DNA of 36,061 nt from Nitrososphaerales archaeon (GTDB lineage Archaea; Thermoproteota; Nitrososphaeria; Nitrososphaerales; UBA57). Below are positions 16,567 through 23,039 of this stretch, piece after piece (the stretch's first letter is position 1; every line of letters starts with the position of its first letter). The notes beneath the pieces were generated by a model, which made no database searches, was not told where the DNA came from, and saw nothing but the letters and a program-made list of their open reading frames with translations. The stretch covers positions 1 to 36,061 of the forward strand of contig JAKUSK010000004.1 of the NCBI GenBank assembly GCA_022449325.1, written 5' to 3'. The position numbers and the translations under genes were made by a program.

Positions 16567-17910
16567 ATGAAAATACTAGTAACTGGAGCAAGTGGATTTA
16601 TCGGTAAGAAACTTGTTCAACATTTATTGGACAAAAACATATCCGTTCGAATAATGTCAAGAAGATTAGAAAGTTTGGATGGGTTTGAACATAAAAATCT
16701 AGAAAAAGTAAAAGCTAATGCACAGAAATATGAAGAAGTACGAGATGCATTAAAAGGAATAGATATTGCATATTACCTTATTCATTCAATGGAAGGTGAA
16801 TCAAAGGATTGGAAGAAATTTGCAGAAATTGATAAAAAAGTTGCAAAGAATTTTGCAGATGCTTCAACTGAATGTGGAGTAAAGAGGATAATATATGTAG
16901 GAGGATTAGTAAGTATTCCAGATTCGGAAATGTCGAAGCATATGTCAAGTAGAAAAGAAGTAGGTGAAATTCTAAAGTCATCTGAGGCTAAAACAACGAT
17001 ATTTCGTGCGTCTGTAGTACTCGGTAAAGGAGGAGGAGGATTTGAAATGATGAGATATTTGGTAGAGAGATTACCCGTAATGGTATGTCCAAAATGGGTT
17101 TTAACGAAATTACAACCTATTTACATTGATGATGTAGTAGAATATCTCTATGAAAGTTTGAATGTCAAAGAAACTGAGAATCGAACGTTCGATATTGGCG
17201 GGCCTGATATATTAGAATATAGAGAGATGATGAAAGCATATGGAAAAATGAATAATAAATCCATAATCATGATAATCATACCATTTCTAAGTCTAAGATT
17301 TACTTCATATTGGGTGGATCTAGTCACTCCAATTAAAGCTTCATTAGCTAGACCATTAGTAGAGGGATTAAAAAATGAATCAATAATGACTGAGGAGTCC
17401 ATAATGGATTTAATTCCAATTAAATTAAAAGGAGTGGAAGAATCATTAAAGTTATCAATTTATGAAGATGATAAACACGAGTTTACCAAAAAAGAAAATT
17501 ATCTATCTTATTTAGTGATGGCACTGAGTATCATAGGAATTTTGCATTTACTTGTTGATCAAAGATTAATGATGATGTTACCAATAACAGGAACAGTATC
17601 AGTGATTTGGTTAGCAATAATTGGAGCAGGATATTATTTCATAAAACAGAGAGCAAGATTAGGATCTTTATTAGTAGGAATTGCTGGTTGGTCTGCTGCA
17701 CTGTTTTGGTTAGTAGATAGTACGTATTTGATTTCCTATTTGCCTCAAATAGGGCCATATCCAGTTAGCAAAGGAATATCAATATTAGGAACTTATCCAA
17801 GTGTTAATACATCAATATTAAACATAATAGGACTTTGTGTAATTGCAGTGTTATTAGTTGTAGCACACTTTACATTCTACGATAAAGATCTTTACACTAA
17901 ACAATTATAG
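16567..17910 (+). CDS. NAD(P)-binding Rossmann (SDR/NmrA/epimerase-like) protein fused to a C-terminal domain of about 4 transmembrane helices
   Basis: MKILVTGASGFIGKKLVQHL dinucleotide-binding motif. The last 130 aa or so are strongly hydrophobic (YLVMALSIIGILHLL..., VIWLAIIGAGYYF..., LLVGIAGWSAALFWLV..., IIGLCVIAVLLVVAHF). Confidence 0.7.
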   Translation: MKILVTGASGFIGKKLVQHLLDKNISVRIMSRRLESLDGFEHKNLEKVKANAQKYEEVRDALKGIDIAYYLIHSMEGESKDWKKFAEIDKKVAKNFADASTECGVKRIIYVGGLVSIPDSEMSKHMSSRKEVGEILKSSEAKTTIFRASVVLGKGGGGFEMMRYLVERLPVMVCPKWVLTKLQPIYIDDVVEYLYESLNVKETENRTFDIGGPDILEYREMMKAYGKMNNKSIIMIIIPFLSLRFTSYWVDLVTPIKASLARPLVEGLKNESIMTEESIMDLIPIKLKGVEESLKLSIYEDDKHEFTKKENYLSYLVMALSIIGILHLLVDQRLMMMLPITGTVSVIWLAIIGAGYYFIKQRARLGSLLVGIAGWSAALFWLVDSTYLISYLPQIGPYPVSKGISILGTYPSVNTSILNIIGLCVIAVLLVVAHFTFYDKDLYTKQL

Positions 17911-18360
17911 GACAATAAGGAAATATCCTAAAGCTGCTCCATAAATTGCGTGATTTACGAAGCTTCCAATTACAGGAATATTACCCAATGGATGCTCAAG
18001 TGGCTTAACTTTAGTAATAGGTTCATGAATAATCAATACCACAAGAGCAAAAAGAAAGCCTAAAATTGTTCCTGAAATCAAATATGATACTTGAAAGTCA
18101 ATAACACTAACTATAATTGCAAAAGCAATACCGCCTAATCCACCATGAAGAAGATGAAAAAGAAAACTTGGAATTAATAGTTCTTCAGGGTTTTTTTTGA
18201 TGAATTTGGAAGTAATAACTTGGTTTTCGTGCCATTCAAGAACAGATGTCATTCCCCATTTTTTATACATTGGAACTTGAAGAATAGACATTGCAGCTGT
18301 TGCAATAAAACCTGCAATTAATCCATTAATAATAAAAACAATATCCATTTCAAACACCAA
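17905..18360 (-). CDS. Uncharacterised 4-TM membrane protein, paralog B
   Basis: Hydrophobic. Shares YKKWG, E-x-HE, and (G/N)HAIYG motifs with the gene immediately upstream. Overlaps it by 11 nt (or starts at the ATG at 18348). Confidence 0.55.
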   Translation of the reverse strand: MVFEMDIVFIINGLIAGFIATAAMSILQVPMYKKWGMTSVLEWHENQVITSKFIKKNPEELLIPSFLFHLLHGGLGGIAFAIIVSVIDFQVSYLISGTILGFLFALVVLIIHEPITKVKPLEHPLGNIPVIGSFVNHAIYGAALGYFLIVL

Positions 18361-18841
18361 TGTACAAAATTAATGCTATATAGAAATCAACAACTGATAC
18401 ATAAGATTGAGACAAAATGAAACCATAAATCGCATGGCCAAATACACTAACTAAAGCAGGTTTATAGCCAAATGGATTATCACGTAAAGATTCACCAGTA
18501 ATTAATTTGTGGACAGGTAATAAGGTAACAATCCAAACAACAATAGCATAAATTATTCCTAGTAATATTGTTGGTAAAGTATTTGTGAGATTAATGTAAA
18601 AAACAAATGGAATTGACAATAATGATCCATTAATCATATGAGTAAGAAGTCCGAATGAAGAGATTTTATTTTTGAATTCTCGATTTGTTAGTTTACAAAA
18701 CATCATTTCACTTTCATGAAGTTCATAGACTCCTTTGATTCCCCATTTTTTATAAAATGGATATTCAGAAATAGACATAACTACAGTAGGAAGAATTCCT
18801 GCTATGAATCCAACAAACAAATAATGTATGTAATTCAACAC
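18350..18841 (-). CDS. Uncharacterised 4-TM membrane protein, paralog A
   Basis: MSISEYPFYKKWGIKGVYELHESE... and ...VFGHAIYGFIL parallel MSILQVPMYKKWGMTSVLEWHENQ... and ...FVNHAIYGAAL in the downstream gene. Confidence 0.55.
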   Translation of the reverse strand: MLNYIHYLFVGFIAGILPTVVMSISEYPFYKKWGIKGVYELHESEMMFCKLTNREFKNKISSFGLLTHMINGSLLSIPFVFYINLTNTLPTILLGIIYAIVVWIVTLLPVHKLITGESLRDNPFGYKPALVSVFGHAIYGFILSQSYVSVVDFYIALILYIGV

Positions 18842-18920
18842 TCAATGAATATTTTGTCATCGTTTATAATTCATACAGAAAAATAATTCATAGTGCCAAT
18901 AATTAGTTCTAGTGCTAAAT

Positions 18921-18931
18921 ACTATATATAG
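18921..18931 (+). promoter_or_regulatory. TATA-like box (actatatatag) about 25-32 nt upstream of the ATG at 18955; would give a leaderless or near-leaderless mRNA
   Basis: Sequence and spacing only. AT-rich context. Confidence 0.3.
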
Positions 18932-18954
18932 GATGAGCGTAATTTAGAGTTATA

Positions 18955-19812
18955 ATGGTATACATAAGAAATAAACGGGTAAAGGGAATGAATTATTCAT
19001 ACCTAGTAAGAAGTGTATGGGATAAAGAGAAGAAAGCTTCGAAACAAGAAACAATAAAATACCTAGGTAGAACAGAAAAAATAACATTAGAAGATATTCC
19101 GAAAGACTATGCAGAGGATAAAAACATACTCAAGTTTTTTGCAAGAGACAATAATGGAAGTAGAAAAAATTATAATGAATATGTAACAAAGGTACGTAAA
19201 GATTTATTCAAGAAATTAGCAGGTCCGGGACCAATAAATTTAGCAAAAGTATACGACGAGTATAAAGATGATTTTACGATACTAGAATTTTATGACAAGA
19301 TAATTAAACATATCTTATATGATGTGGGCGATTTATGGAGAAGAAATGAATTGATGATTGGAACCGAGCATGTAGTAAGCAACAGATTATTAGGAATCAT
19401 CAGTGAGATGAATAAGAAAGATATAAAGAAGAAGAAAAGATCAAAGTTACTTATTTGTAATCCTTCAGGAGAACGACACAATATTGTATGTAATATGCTC
19501 GAATCTATTTTAACTGACAGAGGTTATAATGTATACAACATTTCTCCATCAACTCCAAGTAAAGATGTAATTAAATACGTAACTAATATTGAACCAGACA
19601 TGGTAATGGTTTCAATAACTTTACCCGCAAACCTGCAGAGTGGAATTAACCTTGTAAAGAACATATCAAAAGATTACAATAAGCCAATTGTTGTAGGGGG
19701 ACAGGCTATAACAGAATCAAGTTCAAAGAAATTCCATCCAGCAATAGCAATGCCGAATCAAAATACATTAGATGAAAATCTTAAAGAAATTAGAAGTCTA
19801 GTTCCAGCATAA
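18955..19812 (+). CDS. Cobalamin (B12)-binding domain protein with CarH-like W-x9-EH helical cap and a basic non-MerR N-terminal domain; candidate B12/light-responsive regulator
   Basis: DLW128RRNELMIGTE138H139. GE173RH175NIV178, then exactly 41 residues to S220-I-T222, then 25 residues to G248-G249. 285 aa. Confidence 0.65.
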   Translation: MVYIRNKRVKGMNYSYLVRSVWDKEKKASKQETIKYLGRTEKITLEDIPKDYAEDKNILKFFARDNNGSRKNYNEYVTKVRKDLFKKLAGPGPINLAKVYDEYKDDFTILEFYDKIIKHILYDVGDLWRRNELMIGTEHVVSNRLLGIISEMNKKDIKKKKRSKLLICNPSGERHNIVCNMLESILTDRGYNVYNISPSTPSKDVIKYVTNIEPDMVMVSITLPANLQSGINLVKNISKDYNKPIVVGGQAITESSSKKFHPAIAMPNQNTLDENLKEIRSLVPA

Positions 19813-19866
19813 AATTACAGGGAAGAAGAATGGGGACGGCAGGATTTGAACCCACGATCTCCCGGT

Positions 19867-19929
19867 CACTGCTGCTCCAAAGGTACATCATCCAATAAGT
19901 CAGTTTTCACCTTAATCATACATTAGCTT
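19867..19929 (-). other. Intron 2 of tRNA-Trp (37/38) with box C/D-like elements
   Basis: AAGCUAAUGUAUGAUUAAGGUGAAAACUGACUUAUUGGAUGAUGUACCUUUGGAGCAGCAGUG. It has AUGAUUA and AUGAUGU (box C/C'-like) and CUGA (box D'-like). UUUGGAGC pairs with exon G31-G37 plus intron nt 1. Confidence 0.55.
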
Positions 19930-19938
19930 CTGGAGCCG

Positions 19939-19959
19939 TTAGCGGCACAAATATGTGCT
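19939..19959 (-). other. Putative intron 1 of tRNA-Trp (between positions 28 and 29 of the anticodon stem)
   Basis: Its removal is needed to build the 5-bp anticodon stem UCCGG/CCGGG. It contains the hairpin GCAC-ATATTT-GTGC. I could not draw a clean BHB, so the boundaries are tentative. Confidence 0.5.
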
Positions 19960-20038
19960 GACGCCATAACCGAGCTAGGCTACGTCCCCCCTTTACCTGA
20001 ATTAATATTCAAGTCATAATATATATTGAATATAGTTT

Positions 20039-20506
20039 TTAAATTAAAGAATTCCCGTTAGAATCAATAATTCCTTTCTTAATACGCGTTGTAGATATAG
20101 GGAACCCATCTTTTGCATTAATAAGTTCAATAATTTCTCCATGAAGTGGCTTTAAGCCATTAGATTGTCGAGTGTTATTTAAAGAGTCCAAACGATGAGA
20201 GTTTTCAGATGTAAGTACTATTACGTCAATGTTATCAAGAAAACTAGCAGGTCCAAAATAATCTTCAAGTTTATAGACATCATATTTAGTATTGGGAAAA
20301 GTTGAATCTATAAAATCTCGAATATTGTTTGTTCTCGCATCGTAATTATTAAGAACTTTTTTATTCAATTTGTTTACAAAATTATCTGAAGTAACTCCAA
20401 TTACTACTTCCTCAGAGATTTGAAACGAGTTTCCAAGTAGGTGTTTATGACCTACATGCAAGATATCAAATGTTCCGCCTACTGCGGCACGTTTGTATTT
20501 ACTCAT
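20039..20506 (-). CDS. Phosphopantetheine adenylyltransferase, archaeal type (cytidylyltransferase fold)
   Basis: AAVGGTFDILHVGHKHLL nucleotidyltransferase (H/T)xGH motif. 155 aa. Confidence 0.8.
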   Translation of the reverse strand: MSKYKRAAVGGTFDILHVGHKHLLGNSFQISEEVVIGVTSDNFVNKLNKKVLNNYDARTNNIRDFIDSTFPNTKYDVYKLEDYFGPASFLDNIDVIVLTSENSHRLDSLNNTRQSNGLKPLHGEIIELINAKDGFPISTTRIKKGIIDSNGNSLI

Positions 20507-20594
20507 TATAATATATAGAACATAATTGGAATTTAGATGTATCTTTAGAATCTAAATAGATTTTATATTGAAGAAAATAGATTTAGAAATAATA

Positions 20595-21500
20595 ATGGAG
20601 AAATTAGAAATAGATAAGAGATTTATTGAGGCAGGGAAAATTGCTGCTACGGTCAGAGAACATTTTAAGAAAAAGAATCTAATTGGAATGACAGTGACGC
20701 AACTTTGTAATGAAGTAGAGGGAATGACAAGAAAATTAGGTGCAGAACCTGGTTTTCCTTGCGGAGTATCAATTAACAGTGTTACTGCACATTATAGTGG
20801 AGAATTATTCGATGATCAAACAATAAATGACGATGCAGTAATTAAATTAGATTTAGGGGCACATATAGACGGGTATGTAGCAGATACGGCAACGACAATT
20901 TGCTATGATCCTGATTATCAGGAATTAACATTGGCTACGGAGGCTGCGTTGAACAATGCAATAAAGGCTGTAAAAGACAAGATATCTTCATCCGATATAG
21001 GAAGGATAATATCTGATACGGCAGAAAAATTTGGGTTTATACCAATATCAAATCTTTCTGGACATTCAATTGAGAGATTTAAAGTACATGCAGGAGTCTC
21101 TATACCAAATGTGTGGACGCCACTAGGTTCAAGTTTAAGAAAAGGAAATGTATATGCAATTGAACCATTTCTCACAGTAAAAGATGGTTCAGGTCAAGTA
21201 GTAGATGGAAAAACAAAAACCATCTATATGTTGACAAGAAGGAAAAAAACTGGAGATAAAAAAATCGATGAATTAATTAAGAAAATATGGGATACCAGAA
21301 ATACTTTACCATTTTCTCCAAGATGGTTTTTGGATGATTATAAAAAGGAAGAATTAGATAGGATGTTAGACAAATTAGTTGCAAAAAAAATCATAAGAGT
21401 ATATCCAGATTTATTAGAAGCAAATAATCAGACAGTGGCGCAATTTGAGCACACGGTAACTCCGACAGAAAATGGAGTAGTAATTTTAACTAAGATTTAG
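20595..21500 (+). CDS. map: Methionine aminopeptidase, type 2
   Basis: FPCGVSINSVTAHYSG, KLDLGAHIDGYVADTA, GHSIERFKVHAG, YAIEPF metal-ligand motifs. I prefer the ATG at 20595 (MEKLEIDKRF...) to the TTG at 20568 used by the track. Confidence 0.9.
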   Translation: MEKLEIDKRFIEAGKIAATVREHFKKKNLIGMTVTQLCNEVEGMTRKLGAEPGFPCGVSINSVTAHYSGELFDDQTINDDAVIKLDLGAHIDGYVADTATTICYDPDYQELTLATEAALNNAIKAVKDKISSSDIGRIISDTAEKFGFIPISNLSGHSIERFKVHAGVSIPNVWTPLGSSLRKGNVYAIEPFLTVKDGSGQVVDGKTKTIYMLTRRKKTGDKKIDELIKKIWDTRNTLPFSPRWFLDDYKKEELDRMLDKLVAKKIIRVYPDLLEANNQTVAQFEHTVTPTENGVVILTKI

Positions 21501-21703
21501 TTCTTTTTTGGTTCTTCGCCATAGATTAAAGAAATCATAATATTCTCATTACAATCTTTACATTTGTCAAGAATTTTATGGACCAAATCTCCGTCTTTAA
21601 ATTCGCGTTTAACGGGTTTTTTGCATTTAACACATTCTTCAATCGTATAAACAGTGAGTTTCTTTGCTTTTTTATCGGGAGCTCCCATTATTGGTAACGA
21701 CAT
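21497..21703 (-). CDS. Small zinc-ribbon protein (CxxC...CxxC)
   Basis: ECVKCKKPV...DKCKDCNE. 2-nt gap after the upstream gene, so probably co-transcribed. Confidence 0.5.
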   Translation of the reverse strand: MSLPIMGAPDKKAKKLTVYTIEECVKCKKPVKREFKDGDLVHKILDKCKDCNENIMISLIYGEEPKKN

Positions 21704-21705
21704 AT

Positions 21706-22824
21706 CTACTGAATTACTCCTATTGTGTTTCCAACACCAACAATAATAATCTTATCATTAGGATTTGTTCTTTCTTCAATAATTCTATTAATTATATCAT
21801 GAACAGTATCAACGCTTTCTGCAATTTCCTTAGTCATTAAAGAGATTGCTTCAACAAGTGACTGTTTGACAACTATTGCATAAACAGGTAAATTACTATT
21901 AGTAGCAGCTTCTTCAATTTTGAATTTATCGACACCTATTCCACCTATAGCAGCACCAATTCCTTCGGCAACTTCACCTGTTTTTTCACCCTCTAACTTT
22001 AGAGCAGCGTCAATCATAATCAGAAGAGATGGATTTTCTTTATTAATTAACTCTTGAACTGCATTACCAGGCTGACCAACAGTTCCTGCAGGGCCTTTTG
22101 CTGTAACGAGAATGGCCTTACGACCTGAGATATCTGATTCAGCATAAACAGTATCAACAGCTATATCATGTTTCTCATGTTCAAGCATCAATTTACCAAC
22201 AATCATTGGACCTATTGCATCACCAATAGGTTGATTCTTTTTGAATGTAGCCATTGCTTTATTTAATGCGTCGGCTTGTAACATAAGAAATGGAATAATC
22301 ATTTGTAGCTGTGCAAGAAGTAAGAAATTGTTTGTTTTTTTACCCACTAAATAAAAATGACGAACAATTTTATAGACAAAGTTGAATGAAGTGGCAATCT
22401 CAATAACATTTTCAATAGAGTTTGCTTTAAGTTCGTCAAGATCAGGAAAGAGCTGTTTGATTTCACTTTTCATTCTCATATCTCTACTAGTCATAATATG
22501 ATCAAGTTTGTTTATGACACCTGCAGGATCTAAATCAACAGGCATTATAGTAAAGTATTCAAGAAATGAATCAAGGCGTTTTATTGTTTCTTCTTTATTA
22601 TCTATACCTTCAGTAATATGCGCAATTGTTTCATCTCGTGATTTATCTTTCATTTCTTTTAGACGACCAACAGTTTTTGACAAGTCGTTAGTGATAAGCC
22701 AAGTTTGTAATTTTTGTCCGTACAATATCAAGAGAGCTAAAGGAAGATAGATTATCGCAAGATTAAGAATGGGATTACTTGTAATTTGTGTGTTTCCAGC
22801 TCCGATTATAAATATTAAATCCAT
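21706..22824 (-). CDS. Conserved archaeal membrane-anchored protein of unknown function (resembles the DUF1512 family from memory)
   Basis: N-terminal hydrophobic segment, then about 330 soluble residues with a glycine-rich C-terminal half (GPAGTVGQPGNA, GIGAAIGGIGVD). The family name is unverified. Confidence 0.5.
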   Translation of the reverse strand: MDLIFIIGAGNTQITSNPILNLAIIYLPLALLILYGQKLQTWLITNDLSKTVGRLKEMKDKSRDETIAHITEGIDNKEETIKRLDSFLEYFTIMPVDLDPAGVINKLDHIMTSRDMRMKSEIKQLFPDLDELKANSIENVIEIATSFNFVYKIVRHFYLVGKKTNNFLLLAQLQMIIPFLMLQADALNKAMATFKKNQPIGDAIGPMIVGKLMLEHEKHDIAVDTVYAESDISGRKAILVTAKGPAGTVGQPGNAVQELINKENPSLLIMIDAALKLEGEKTGEVAEGIGAAIGGIGVDKFKIEEAATNSNLPVYAIVVKQSLVEAISLMTKEIAESVDTVHDIINRIIEERTNPNDKIIIVGVGNTIGVIQ

Positions 22825-22888
22825 AAAATCAACTCAATTAAGACAAATATATTATAACTAGAAAATAAGCATTATTGGATAAAATAAA

Positions 22889-23005
22889 GTGCCGGCACCA
22901 TTGCTTCCCGAGACCGTTGGGACCTCAGTAACACACTGGCGTCGACGGTCTTAACTTCTGGGTTCGGAATGGGACCAGGTGGAACCCCGTCGCTATGGCC
23001 GGCAA
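22889..23005 (-). rRNA. rrf: 5S ribosomal RNA, not linked to 16S/23S
   Basis: The reverse complement reads UUGCCGGCCAUAGCGACGGGGUUCCACCUGGUCCCAUUCCGAACCCAGAAGUUAAGACCGUCGACGCC...GGGAAGCAAUGGUGCCGGCAC. It contains the conserved CCGAAC...GAAGUUAAG core and a terminal helix GCCGGC/GCCGGC. GC-rich against an AT-rich background. Confidence 0.9.
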
Positions 23006-23039
23006 CAATAGATAATAAAAATTACACATAGATTAACTT

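Larger units (their letters stand above)
19831..19989 (-). tRNA. tRNA-Trp (anticodon CCA) with two introns (21 nt in the anticodon stem, 63 nt at canonical 37/38)
   Basis: Hand-folded reverse complement: GGGGACG TA GCC TAGCTCGGTTAT GGC G TC[AGCACATATTTGTGCCGCTAA]CGG CTCCAG[63 nt]A CCGGG AGATC GTGGG TTCAAAT CCTGC CGTCCCC A. The mature product is 75 nt. The CUCCAGA anticodon loop is typical of archaeal tRNA-Trp. Confidence 0.75.
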
